Of a DNA stretch of 28,897 nucleotides, positions 9,789-18,891 are shown piece after piece. The notes beneath the pieces are model-generated. The model ran no database searches, was not told the origin of the DNA, and saw only the letters and a list, made by a program, of their open reading frames with translations. Source of the stretch: a virus (lineage: Duplodnaviria; Heunggongvirae; Uroviricota; Caudoviricetes); the IMG/VR virus record IMGVR_UViG_2778261084_000005, positions 1 through 28,897 of that record; one strand, 5' to 3'. The stretch's first letter is position 1. Each line of letters begins with the position of its first letter. Both the position numbers and the translations under genes were made by a program.

Positions 9789-10535
9789 ATGAAAAATATT
9801 GCGACAGGCGACGTTCTTGAACGTATCCGCAGACTGGCCCCGTCACATGTAACCGCGCCATTCAAGACGGTAGCGGAGTGGCGCGAGTGGCAACTTTCCG
9901 AAGGCCAGAAACGTTGTGAGGAGATCAACCGTCAGAATTGTCAGTTGCGGGTGGAAAAAATTCTGAATCGCTCTGGCATCCAGCCATTGCACCGCAAATG
10001 CTCGTTTTCGAATTACCAGGTGCAGAACGAAGGGCAGCGATACGCGTTGAGTCAGGCGAAATCCATCGCTGATGAACTGATGACCGGGTGTACAAATTTT
10101 GCGTTCAGCGGAAAACCTGGTACCGGGAAGAACCACTTAGCGGCAGCTATCGGGAATCGCCTGCTGAAAGACGGTCAGACAGTGATTGTGGTTACCGTGG
10201 CTGATGTTATGAGTGCCCTGCACGCCAGCTATGACGACGGGCAGTCAGGCGAAAAATTTTTGCGGGAACTGTGCGAAGTGGATCTGCTGGTTCTTGATGA
10301 AATTGGCATTCAGCGCGAGACGAAAAACGAGCAGGTGGTACTGCACCAGATTGTTGATCGCCGGACAGCGTCGATGCGCAGCGTGGGGATGCTGACAAAC
10401 CTGAACTATGAGGCCATGAAAACATTGCTTGGCGAGCGGATTATGGATCGCATGACCATGAACGGCGGGCGATGGGTGAATTTCAACTGGGAGAGCTGGC
10501 GTCCGAATGTCGTCCAGCCAGGAATTGCGAAGTAA
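9789..10535 (+). CDS. ydaV: DnaC-like helicase loader, AAA+ ATPase (248 aa)
   Basis: Walker A ([15 protein letters not shown]) and Walker B (LLVLDEIG) motifs. Confidence 0.85.
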   Translation: MKNIATGDVLERIRRLAPSHVTAPFKTVAEWREWQLSEGQKRCEEINRQNCQLRVEKILNRSGIQPLHRKCSFSNYQVQNEGQRYALSQAKSIADELMTGCTNFAFSGKPGTGKNHLAAAIGNRLLKDGQTVIVVTVADVMSALHASYDDGQSGEKFLRELCEVDLLVLDEIGIQRETKNEQVVLHQIVDRRTASMRSVGMLTNLNYEAMKTLLGERIMDRMTMNGGRWVNFNWESWRPNVVQPGIAK

Positions 10536-10557
10536 TTTTTACCGGGAGAAAAATTTA

Positions 10558-11319
10558 ATGGAGACTGTTTTTGACGTACTGAAAGCAATGGGAAAAGCCA
10601 CATCCATAGAACTTGCTGCGCGACTTGATATCAGTCGTGAAGAAGTGCTGAACGAACTATGGGAACTGAAAAAGGCTGGTTTCGTTGATAAAAGCGCGTA
10701 CACCTGGCGTGTGGCTGATAACAACGTTCAGCAGGAACAGCCAGCGCCGGCAGAACTGCCGGAAGAAACTACCACGGCAACAGTCGCGAAAATTTCAGAG
10801 AGCGATTTAACTGCGACGATTGAACAACGTGGACCACAAACGGCGGATGAGCTGGCTACATTGTTTGGTACCACATCACGCAAAGTGGCTTCAACGCTGG
10901 CAATGGCAATCAGCAAAGGTCGTCTGCTTCGCGTAAATCAGGGCGGTAAATTTCGTTACTGCATACCGGGCGATAATTTACCAGCAGAGCCGAAAGCAGC
11001 ATCGGTAGCGGAAACTGCTGGTAAGGCCTTTCCTCAGCCCGCAGGTGTTGCGTTACCAGTACAGGAGGCTGCAACACAGGAAGATATTAAAACAGAAACT
11101 GTGGCGGACATTGTGCAGTCGCTGCCATCGTTTACTGAAACGCGAGCGGATGACCTGGTTTTACCATCACTGCATATGGCAAACCGCGAACTGCGTCGGG
11201 CGAAAAATCATGTCCAGAAGTGGGAGCGTGTCTGCGCCGCGCTGCGGGAGCTGAACAAGCACAGGGATATTGTACGACAGATTACTGATTCTTCCCGCCA
11301 TGTTGCATCGGAAAAGTGA
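10558..11319 (+). CDS. Phage protein with N-terminal winged-helix-like domain (253 aa)
   Basis: ATG at 10558 with GGGAGA ribosome-binding site; sits where Rac ydaW lies, but no symbol assigned. Confidence 0.5.
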   Translation: METVFDVLKAMGKATSIELAARLDISREEVLNELWELKKAGFVDKSAYTWRVADNNVQQEQPAPAELPEETTTATVAKISESDLTATIEQRGPQTADELATLFGTTSRKVASTLAMAISKGRLLRVNQGGKFRYCIPGDNLPAEPKAASVAETAGKAFPQPAGVALPVQEAATQEDIKTETVADIVQSLPSFTETRADDLVLPSLHMANRELRRAKNHVQKWERVCAALRELNKHRDIVRQITDSSRHVASEK

Positions 11320-11334
11320 TTGCCGGAGGCACCT

Positions 11335-11757
11335 ATGGCAAAAGTATTTACACCAGAAGAGCGGGAAAAAATTAAAGGGCAGGTTGTTGAACTTGTACGT
11401 CTGAGCGGTCGCGAGACGTTACGGGCTCTGGAGGCTAAAACCGGTGCATCAAGGTATTACATAAGCACTCTCGCCAGAGAACTGGTCGCCAGTGGTGATG
11501 TTTACAATTCAGGCTACGGATTATTCCCGTCTGAGCAGGCGCGTAAAGACTGGCAAAACGCCCGCAAAAAACTATCAAGGGCAAAGGTGAAGAAACCGGT
11601 TGTGGTTGATCCTGACCTTATCTGGTCATTACCAGACGGAGAAATACGCCGTTACGACAGGCGTCTGAACATAATCTGTCGCGAGTGCCTGAAGAGAGAA
11701 GTTATGCAGCGTGTACTTGCGTTCTACCATGGAAATATTCAGGAGGTTGTGTGGTGA
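11335..11757 (+). CDS. Hypothetical phage protein with HTH-like segment (141 aa)
   Basis: ATG at 11335 preceded by GGAGG; segment GRETLRALEAKTGASRYYISTLAREL looks HTH-like. Confidence 0.45.
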   Translation: MAKVFTPEEREKIKGQVVELVRLSGRETLRALEAKTGASRYYISTLARELVASGDVYNSGYGLFPSEQARKDWQNARKKLSRAKVKKPVVVDPDLIWSLPDGEIRRYDRRLNIICRECLKREVMQRVLAFYHGNIQEVVW

Positions 11758-11864
11758 ACAAGATTAACTATCCGTGGGTAGTCGCTGTCAATGCTTTACT
11801 TGCTGAAGTTCGGGCGGGCGCATTTAACGATCTTTGCGCGGAACAACTTCGCACGCATGAATAA
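11754..11864 (+). CDS. Possible small ORF (36 aa, GTG start) coupled to upstream gene
   Basis: AGGAGG at 11741-11746, GTG at 11754 overlapping the upstream TGA; below track cutoff, no family recognised. Confidence 0.2.
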   Translation: MNKINYPWVVAVNALLAEVRAGAFNDLCAEQLRTHE

Positions 11865-11931
11865 TTAAGTTAGCACTGTAAATAAAATTTAATCCTTAGC
11901 CGGAGGTATTTCTGCACCCTCATAAAATCAG

Positions 11932-11958
11932 GAAACCGCCCGAAAGGGCGGTGGTTTC
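11932..11958. terminator. Bidirectional intrinsic terminator hairpin (GAAACCGCCC-GAAA-GGGCGGTGGTTTC)
   Basis: GC-rich stem with GAAA loop; U-rich tract on the minus-strand side, 6 nt downstream of the 184-aa gene stop. Confidence 0.6.
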
Positions 11959-11963
11959 ATTGT

Positions 11964-12518
11964 TTAACTATCTAATATTGTGCTAAATCTTTTTATAACC
12001 ATCAAGAATGTTACTACGGTAAAAAAGAAGGATGAGTATGCTAAATAACTGATTATGTAAGCAGGGGTTGCGAAATACCATTTTTTTAATTCACTTGGGG
12101 TTTCTGGGAGAAAATATATTGCAACCGAAAAAATAACTAACGCTACAGATGTTAATATAGCATAAGAAACATTGTGACATAATTGCTCATATACGGTTTT
12201 ATTATTATTTAAAATTATTAGATTTGAACGTGGTTTGTTGTTTTCCTCAATGTCTGAAATTTTAAATACAGTTTTTTGTTTTTGATCGTAGATCATAATA
12301 ACCGCGCTCATTAACAGTGCGGTAGTAATTGCTCCAAAGTTAACAAAAACAGATGCGATAGAGGTTTTCATTATCCCATAGGTAAAACATATGATTAATG
12401 ATAATGTAAGAGGAATAATGAAGTGTATTGCGATGTCTTCGAGTAAAATATTTCCGCGTTGATCCGACATTGTTGTGTAATGTTTTTTTATTACACTCAT
12501 TACGTTAATCTTGTTCAT
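11964..12518 (-). CDS. Polytopic inner-membrane protein, four predicted TM helices (184 aa); downstream gene of candidate defence operon
   Basis: Four hydrophobic stretches of about 21-28 residues with a charged loop between helices 2 and 3; ATG overlaps the upstream gene's TGA (ATGA at 12515-12518); AT-rich. Confidence 0.7.
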   Translation of the reverse strand: MNKINVMSVIKKHYTTMSDQRGNILLEDIAIHFIIPLTLSLIICFTYGIMKTSIASVFVNFGAITTALLMSAVIMIYDQKQKTVFKISDIEENNKPRSNLIILNNNKTVYEQLCHNVSYAILTSVALVIFSVAIYFLPETPSELKKWYFATPAYIISYLAYSSFFFTVVTFLMVIKRFSTILDS

Positions 12519-13447
12519 ATTTTTAATCCCCCATTACCACTATGTAACTCACTTAGTATATCATTCGCAATGATTTTAACTGTGTCATGAAGTGCTTTAA
12601 GATTGGGGATTCCTGTAGATGCGTTTATGTTTAAGTCGTTATCATCTAATTCGGCAGAAATTCCTTTTCTTAAGATGGTGTCGTAATTAAAAATGACTGT
12701 TCTATTGCCTAATTGTAAACTAACTTTTATTGCGTCACACTTATCTTCAATTATTTCTATTATATTTCCTAGTTTTTTGTCTTTTAAGTCTTTAAAACTA
12801 CCAAATACGCCTTGATTTGCTTTTATTACCAAATCGGTTTTGATGTTTGTTTTGTTATTTCCGAATGAATCCGTGATGTCCTTTGGTGCTTTGTAACCTT
12901 GGGCTTTTATTTGTTTTAATTCTGAATCAAGGATGTGTTGGGGGATTTTTTTGTGGCAAAGAGGATTGATTCTCGCTTCAAGTTTATATTTTGTTTTCAA
13001 GTGGTCTAGTAATGCATCAGAGAGTGTGCTGCGAGCAGAAATATTGTCATTAGCGTGAAATGCTATAATCCCTTCTTCTAAATTGTCTGGCAAAAATATT
13101 AAAATGTAACGCTGTTTGAGAGTTACATCGTTGATAGTTGTTGTATAACGTATTTTAGTAAGTTTATCGTCTTTTATTTCACTGCTCTCACCATATTTCC
13201 CAACCTTTACATATCCATATATTACTTGGTTTTGAGCATCAAAGGTGAGTGATGTGTGTTGTTCAAGAGAAACCTTTGTTTTCGAGAGACCAAATTCAAT
13301 AGGTGTGTTTTTATAGCTATTAAAATACTCAACAAATAATTCATATGCTGTTTTTTTATCGCTTAAACCTAGGTTGTTTAGTCTTTTGCTGGTTCGGCTG
13401 CCCTTGTGGGTTAACACACGGAATGAATAGAAGTTAACGCTGTGCAT
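12515..13447 (-). CDS. Soluble protein of unknown function (310 aa); upstream gene of candidate defence operon
   Basis: ORF with AAGGA ribosome-binding site about 9 nt before ATG at 13447; no TM segments; Lys/Asn/Ile-rich; no family recognised by eye. Confidence 0.7.
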   Translation of the reverse strand: MHSVNFYSFRVLTHKGSRTSKRLNNLGLSDKKTAYELFVEYFNSYKNTPIEFGLSKTKVSLEQHTSLTFDAQNQVIYGYVKVGKYGESSEIKDDKLTKIRYTTTINDVTLKQRYILIFLPDNLEEGIIAFHANDNISARSTLSDALLDHLKTKYKLEARINPLCHKKIPQHILDSELKQIKAQGYKAPKDITDSFGNNKTNIKTDLVIKANQGVFGSFKDLKDKKLGNIIEIIEDKCDAIKVSLQLGNRTVIFNYDTILRKGISAELDDNDLNINASTGIPNLKALHDTVKIIANDILSELHSGNGGLKI

Positions 13448-13464
13448 GAAAAGTCCTTTTGAAC

Positions 13465-13500
13465 ATATAGGAATATATTAGAGCATGAATGTGTGCAATG
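13465..13500 (-). promoter_or_regulatory. Putative sigma70-type promoter region for the two-gene operon
   Basis: On minus strand: TTGCAC (13493-13498) followed by TAATAT/TATATT candidates; spacing imperfect (12-15 nt). Confidence 0.25.
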
Positions 13501-13872
13501 CATAAAAGAAAAAGCTACCGCAAGGCGACTCCACCCACAGATAGCTCTTAATTGATTGTTTGTAAAAAATAATACATTAATTATCTTCTGTGTAAAGAGG
13601 GAAACAGCCTTAGGGTAAGGGACACGAGTTGGGGGGACTGGTGAAATTTGCGTTGAGGATAAAACGATTTGCGGGAAAAGGATAGTTAAGTAGAATTGCT
13701 GCGGGTGCTTGAGGCTGTCTGCCTCGGGCATGAACACCAAAGGCAGATAGAGAAAAGCCCCAGTTAACATTACGCGTCCGGCAAGACGCTTAACATTAAT
13801 CTGAGGCCACATCTATGCTTTGCATACGTAGATTAGCCTCTTACCGACCAAAAGGTCAAGGAGAAGCAGGTT

Positions 13873-14028
13873 ATGAAGCAGCAAAAGGCGATGTTAATCA
13901 CCCTGATCGTCATCTGTTTAACCGTTATAGTGACGGTACTGGTAACGAGGAAAGACCTCTGCGAGGTACGAATCCGAACCGACCAGACGGAGGTCGCTGT
14001 CTTCACAGCTTACGAACTTGGGGAGTAA
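13873..14028 (+). CDS. hok: Hok/Gef-family type I toxin (51 aa)
   Basis: Own translation MKQQKAMLITLIVICLTVIVTVLVTRKDLCEVRIRTDQTEVAVFTAYELGE; AAGGAG site upstream. Overlapping mok-like leader ORF starts at 13815 and now runs into IS186. Confidence 0.85.
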   Translation: MKQQKAMLITLIVICLTVIVTVLVTRKDLCEVRIRTDQTEVAVFTAYELGE

Positions 14029-14040
14029 GAGGACCAGCGG

Positions 14041-14050
14041 GGAGAAATCC
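14041..14050. repeat. IS186 target-site duplication, left copy (GGAGAAATCC)
   Basis: Identical 10-mer at 15390-15399 immediately outside the other IS end. Confidence 0.8.
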
Positions 14051-15389
14051 CATAAGCGCTAACTTAAGGGTTGAACCATCTGAAGAATGCGACGCCTCGG
14101 TGCCTCGTTAAGACGATGCCTCGCGTTCTTCAATTGCGTTTTGTAGGCTGTCAGGGATACTGTCCCACGAATGGCCACCTGTAAGCTCCAGATGACCATT
14201 TTTGTTATTCTCCACAACGAGTTAGTTCTTCTTTTCGGATCCGGCACTTCTGGGGGGGAAATCCAGCGATGGCTGGATTATGTCGTCAATTAAAAATGCG
14301 GCGAGTAGATTAGCAAATATCCACGCTTTCGCGAGTTCAGGTTCCTTTGCACGCAAAGCATCCAGGTGCAGCAAACTTTTGAGCCGCTTAAAAGCCAGTT
14401 CAATTTGCCATCGCAGACGGTAACAATCAGCCACTTGCTCTGCTGAATATTCATCTTCCGGTAATGATGTTAGCAATAGCACATGGCCCGCTGCTTCCAG
14501 CGTTTCCGCCTGAACTACTCGTCCTTTTCGACGATTCTCGCTGAGCAGTCGGGTTTTACTGATTAATGCTTTTTCGGGAGGAAGTGATACGGCAATGAGA
14601 CGTGCCGGAAAGGGAGCTCCGGCTTTTTTATTACCTGAATTGCCTATCATTACAGTGGTTTCACCGTTCTTACCGCAATCCAGCCCGCGCAGAAAACCCA
14701 TCATGTCAAAGCGCATTCCTTCTGCAGTTAACCAGCGCAATCCTCGCCAGTGAACCCGGACGATATAATCAGCTTCTCCAAAAGCAAGTGAGCGGATACA
14801 TTCGGGACGCGAACCGAATCCCCGGTCAGCAATGCGTATCTCGTCTGCCGTTTGCGCAAATCGGTCCAGCCGTTCAGCGTCTCTGCTGTCGGTTAGCTCA
14901 AAATCAGTGAACTGACAGGTATGAGGATCATATCCCATATGTAGTCGCCATTCAGCGCTGCCGCCCCCGGGCGCACTGATTGCTGTTCCATCGACAAGAC
15001 GCAATCTCTTTCCGCTTGTACAACCCGTAACTGCGGCGCGTACAGCAAGTGTTTGTGCGGCAAGTATGCCAAACCAGTCGGCGGCATTCCGCAGCCGCTT
15101 CAGGAGAGCCACGTCAGATAATGTTGCAACGTCATGGAGCTGAGCCCATGCAGTGACTTCACGTAATGACATCCCCCCGGGGCCGTAAGCCAGCCCCAGA
15201 CGTAGCAGAGTTGCAGCATCACGAATTTCGCGGCGGCGGGTTAGAGCCCCGGCATTACGTGCCGAAGTATCCAGTTCTTCGGGCTTACCAATATGGGCCA
15301 GAATTGCTGACCAGTTATCGTGAGAGTAATTCATCGGCACGTTAAATCATATCAGGCGTAATACCACAACCCTTAAGTTAGCGCTTATG
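14051..15389 (-). mobile_element. IS186 (IS4 family), 1339 bp, complete
   Basis: Terminal inverted repeats CATAAGCGCTAACTTAAGGGTTG at 14051-14073 and reverse complement at 15367-15389; single transposase ORF. Confidence 0.9.
14222..15334 (-). CDS. insL: IS186 transposase (370 aa from MNYSHDNW)
   Basis: Translation matches recalled InsL essentially along its length. Confidence 0.9.
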   Translation of the reverse strand: MNYSHDNWSAILAHIGKPEELDTSARNAGALTRRREIRDAATLLRLGLAYGPGGMSLREVTAWAQLHDVATLSDVALLKRLRNAADWFGILAAQTLAVRAAVTGCTSGKRLRLVDGTAISAPGGGSAEWRLHMGYDPHTCQFTDFELTDSRDAERLDRFAQTADEIRIADRGFGSRPECIRSLAFGEADYIVRVHWRGLRWLTAEGMRFDMMGFLRGLDCGKNGETTVMIGNSGNKKAGAPFPARLIAVSLPPEKALISKTRLLSENRRKGRVVQAETLEAAGHVLLLTSLPEDEYSAEQVADCYRLRWQIELAFKRLKSLLHLDALRAKEPELAKAWIFANLLAAFLIDDIIQPSLDFPPRSAGSEKKN

Positions 15390-15399
15390 GGAGAAATCC
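15390..15399. repeat. IS186 target-site duplication, right copy (GGAGAAATCC)
   Basis: See left copy; the reconstructed empty site is GCGGGGAGAAATCCCCGC. Confidence 0.8.
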
Positions 15400-15840
15400 C
15401 CGCAACCTCTGATGTATTATGCATCCTCAACGCAGCCACAGTTAACCTGATTGGCGGGTTTATTTCATCTGTAAATATTTTTATAAAAATAATGCCCACG
15501 CACAGCATAAAACAAAAAGTATTACAGATAAAAAAGGAACGTAATGTGCAGATTTGTTGTTTTCCATATTTACTCACCTTAATATGATTAATCCTGATAG
15601 GGTTGTTATTTCAGCGGTTTTCAAATGAGATATTATGGTGATCTGACAAATTTGCATAACATTAAAATTTAATTTGTTTAACCGCTTTTAATAATAAGCG
15701 TTGTTTGTATCCCAGCAATCTGTTGTTTGGTTTTTATTCCATTAAGGTGGGGGCTTTACACTGGAACCAGTTTATTTATACTTTATACGTCAGCCTGAAC
15801 AACTGGCATCTGCTGCACTGCGCCATCGAGAGATTGAGAA

Positions 15841-16440
15841 ATGGCGCATATACAACTGGTCAAACAAACTTCTTCTGGTTTACTTCTCCCGGCGACGCCG
15901 GAGAGTTGCGATTTTCTGCATCAAATCAAAATAGGTGAGTGGATACACGCAGACTTTAAGCGTGTGCGTAACTACGCATTCCACAAGCGTTTTTTCAAAC
16001 TCCTGCAACTGGGATTCGATTACTGGACTCCGGTCGGTGGGGCGATCACGCCTCGCGAACGAGAACTGCTGTCTGGTTTCGTTGATTACCTGTGCGAATC
16101 AGTTGGTCGGGAACACACGCCAGCCCTGAGTGATGCCGCAGAGCAATACCTTAACACCGTTGCGACTCGTAGAACCCGGGATACGGCGTTGCTAAAGTCG
16201 TTTGAGGCTTTCCGCGAGTGGGTAACCATTCAGGCCGGATTTTACACCGAGCATATTTATCCGGACGGTAGCCGTGGGCGTCGGGCAAAATCCATCGCTT
16301 TTGCGAATATGGACGAAGTCGAGTTTCAGCAGGTTTATAAATCTGTACTGAATGTGCTGTGGAACTGGATTCTGTTCCGTAAATTCTCTTCTCAGGAGGA
16401 AGTTGAAAATGTGGCCGCACAACTACTGGAGTTTGCGTAA
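15841..16440 (+). CDS. Phage nin-region protein (199 aa), family uncertain
   Basis: First of three translationally coupled genes ending in a Q-like gene. Confidence 0.45.
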   Translation: MAHIQLVKQTSSGLLLPATPESCDFLHQIKIGEWIHADFKRVRNYAFHKRFFKLLQLGFDYWTPVGGAITPRERELLSGFVDYLCESVGREHTPALSDAAEQYLNTVATRRTRDTALLKSFEAFREWVTIQAGFYTEHIYPDGSRGRRAKSIAFANMDEVEFQQVYKSVLNVLWNWILFRKFSSQEEVENVAAQLLEFA

Positions 16441-16730
16441 TGGTGAATTTACGTAAAGCGGCTAAAGGCCAGATGTGCCAGATCAGAATCCCTGGCTACT
16501 ACAATCACAATCCCGAAACCTCTGTGCTGGCGCATTACAGGCTGGCGGGGACGTGCGGAACAGCGACAAAACCACATGATATGCAGGCGGCGATAGCCTG
16601 TAGCTCATGCCACGATCTAATCGACGGGCGGGTAAAAACCAGCGATTACACCAAAGAAGAATTGCGCCTGATGCATGCTGAAGGGGTTTTTCGCACACAA
16701 GAAATCTGGAGAAAGAAAGGTCATTTATGA
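16440..16730 (+). CDS. YbcO-like Cys/His-rich small protein, putative nuclease (96 aa)
   Basis: Start overlaps upstream stop (TAATG); motifs CGTATKP and IACSSCHDLIDGR resemble recalled DLP12 YbcO. Confidence 0.55.
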   Translation: MVNLRKAAKGQMCQIRIPGYYNHNPETSVLAHYRLAGTCGTATKPHDMQAAIACSSCHDLIDGRVKTSDYTKEELRLMHAEGVFRTQEIWRKKGHL

Positions 16731-17269
16731 TTTACCCAACGAATACAGGAAAAAGCGGAGAACACCTTCGCCTCACCACGCTGGAAAGTGTCTGGATTCA
16801 GGGAAAACTACGTATGTGGGGGCGCTGGTCGTATATTGGCGGTGGCAGGTCAGGGAATATGTTCAATCAGTTGTTGGCATCCAAAAAACTGACGAAAACA
16901 GCCATTAATGAAGCCCTGCGCAGAATGAAAAAAGCGGGAATAGAGAAAGCTGAGCTGGAAGCGTTTTTGCGAGAGATGATCAACGGCAAGCAAAAGAGCT
17001 GGCTGGCGCATTGTACTGATGCAGAGGCGTTATGTATTGATCGAGTCATAAGTGAGGTGCTGGCAGAGCATCCAGGATTGATTTGCATTCTCCGGCAACG
17101 CTATGAAGGGCGGGGGATGACTAAGCGCAAAATGGCTGAATTGCTAAATGATGCACACCCAGAGTGGTGTTTTAGCACATGCGAAAAACGGATTGCTAAT
17201 TGGTTAGCTGTTGCTGAGTATGCCCTACATATTCCCATGCGTGAATCATTTGCTGAGAAAATGGCTTGA
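16727..17269 (+). CDS. Late-gene antiterminator Q-like protein (180 aa)
   Basis: ATGA overlap with upstream gene; RMWGRW motif and downstream helical segment resemble the Q family; lies upstream of terminators and the lysis cassette. Confidence 0.5.
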   Translation: MIYPTNTGKSGEHLRLTTLESVWIQGKLRMWGRWSYIGGGRSGNMFNQLLASKKLTKTAINEALRRMKKAGIEKAELEAFLREMINGKQKSWLAHCTDAEALCIDRVISEVLAEHPGLICILRQRYEGRGMTKRKMAELLNDAHPEWCFSTCEKRIANWLAVAEYALHIPMRESFAEKMA

Positions 17270-17350
17270 TTTCTTACGTATAAACTGCTTCAATTTTGCT
17301 ATGCTTCGCAAAGCTGTATCGCGAGGCGGATTGCAGACATGGACATCGTA

Positions 17351-17377
17351 AAAAAACCGCTTAATGCGGTTTTTTTA
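17351..17377. terminator. Intrinsic terminator (AAAAAAACCGC-TTAAT-GCGGTTTTTTT)
   Basis: Perfect hairpin flanked by A-tract and T-tract, 82 bp after the Q-like stop. Confidence 0.65.
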
Positions 17378-17695
17378 CGTCAGGAAAGCAGGGGAGAATG
17401 CTGCTAGTTGGGCAACTGGTCTTTCTGCTCCAAATTATAACAGAGACCAGTTATAGTTTCGGTGCTGTGTTTTTTTACAATATTGTGATAACACATTGCT
17501 GGCGGGAGTTTTGATATTTCTTGGCAGGGGCTGATGATGCGTTATCCTGATGTCGTCAACTCATATAAAATGAGATGAGAGATCATTGCAGGGTGGTTTG
17601 TAATTCGCTGTTTAGCGGGACAATATGTTGTCTGATACAAGACACCCGACGCCTCAGATTACTATAATAAAGACGAAGCATCCTTTGTATTGACC

Positions 17696-17721
17696 AACCG
17701 CCTGTTTAGGCGGTTCTTTTT
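17696..17721 (+). terminator. Intrinsic terminator (AACCGCC-TGTTTA-GGCGGTT + CTTTTT), possible tR'-like site
   Basis: Hairpin plus T-run inside an ORF-poor AT-rich stretch downstream of Q. Confidence 0.5.
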
Positions 17722-18252
17722 GGGCTGGTTTATTGTATGCCAAATGATTATTAAAAAGGTTGTGTTAATAACAAAATCCGAAATAATATGCCTGCATATT
17801 TTTATCTTGCTTATATTCTGCATATTGTGCATAGCAGGCTCATCCCTGCAATCAAAACTGTATGATGAGTATTTTTTGTTTTCCTTTTTTCCAGTCATCT
17901 GATGATGACCTGCTTCTTTTTAATCCGGATCGACATCAGTTTTTTAAGATAATTCCTGCGAGTTATATGCATAAATGCCACAAACTCCGCATTTTATGTG
18001 GTTGGGAGTTGCCGGGCGCGCAGTGAGTTTGCTAAGAAAACTCCTGCATGGTGAATCCCCCTGTGCGGTGGGGTGATACCATTAACCTTTTCTGTCGCCG
18101 ACAGGTATCACGAACATTTTGTTCACCGGGAGGCACCCGGCACCATGTACTTCAATAGATTCTCTCCACATTATGGATATTCTTTCAGAATATCCCACGC
18201 AGACTTTGTGTAAATGTTAACAAATGTGCGTTTTATTTGATCTGATTCGCTG

Positions 18253-18282
18253 TTTGAGCGTCCAAAACAACGGTATATATAA
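18253..18282 (+). promoter_or_regulatory. Putative sigma70 promoter TTGAGC-N18-TATAAT upstream of first lipoprotein gene
   Basis: -35 at 18253-18258, -10 at 18277-18282. Confidence 0.3.
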
Positions 18283-18312
18283 TCCTTTACTATATGACAT
18301 ATGTGAGGAAAA

Positions 18313-18741
18313 ATGGGTTTTCGTAGCGCATCAATTCTTACGTTGATTATTAGTGGGATTATTATCGGGTGCACTGATGCTGTATCGACAAATTATCATG
18401 ACCGTACATCATATTACTCCGATAAAGCAATAGAGACACAGTATGTGAGTTCATCTGAACGTACTTCTGATGTTAGTGAGGATATCCGTCTGTATGCCCA
18501 TCAAATCAAGAGCGCCATCGAAAAACAGTTCGGGGATGCGAGTAAGTATTCAGGAAAAGAGTGTACACTGAGAATGCATATGGCCCCGAATGGCCTTCTA
18601 CTGGAGGTTAAAAGAGAAAGTGGAGACCTCGATTTATGTCGTGAAGCGATGAATGCGATAAAGAATGCTGATATACCTGCCCCCCCTTCGCCGGAAGTAT
18701 ATAAAGTATTTCAAAATGGGGTGCTGGATTTTAAACCCTGA
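18313..18741 (+). CDS. Lipoprotein with TolA C-terminal (domain III)-like domain (142 aa)
   Basis: Signal peptide with lipobox IIGC; C-terminal ~85 aa align by eye with recalled TolA C-terminus, including terminal LDFKP. Confidence 0.75.
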   Translation: MGFRSASILTLIISGIIIGCTDAVSTNYHDRTSYYSDKAIETQYVSSSERTSDVSEDIRLYAHQIKSAIEKQFGDASKYSGKECTLRMHMAPNGLLLEVKRESGDLDLCREAMNAIKNADIPAPPSPEVYKVFQNGVLDFKP

Positions 18742-18891
18742 TATTTATTGTTTTGTAATAAACGGTTTCGGCTTAGGTTTGTTCTGACACAGCTACGGCA
18801 CTGAGCTAAATTTAGCGGATAGTCAGCTCTGAGCCAGTGGCGGACGTAACAACTACTATTGCTGAGATTTTAATGGATTGAGGAGCAAGAA

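Noticed and set aside
13411-13812. 133-aa minus-strand ORF upstream of the two-gene operon
   Set aside because: Covers the operon promoter region and the hok leader on the opposite strand; no start context; likely spurious.
13815-14111. 98-aa plus-strand ORF
   Set aside because: Chimera of the mok-like leader frame and the first 60 bp of IS186; not a native full-length protein. Mentioned under the hok finding instead.
14602-15087. ORFs of 102 and 64 aa inside IS186
   Set aside because: Antisense or out of frame to the transposase; IS186 encodes a single transposase.
17662-17902. Overlapping ORFs on both strands (78 aa minus, 70 aa hydrophobic plus)
   Set aside because: Mutually exclusive; the plus-strand one spans the intrinsic terminator at 17696-17721; AT-rich sequence gives chance ORFs. 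A small membrane protein cannot be fully excluded.
18171-18374. 67-aa minus-strand ORF overlapping the first lipoprotein start
   Set aside because: Overlaps the lipoprotein promoter and start on the opposite strand; no support.
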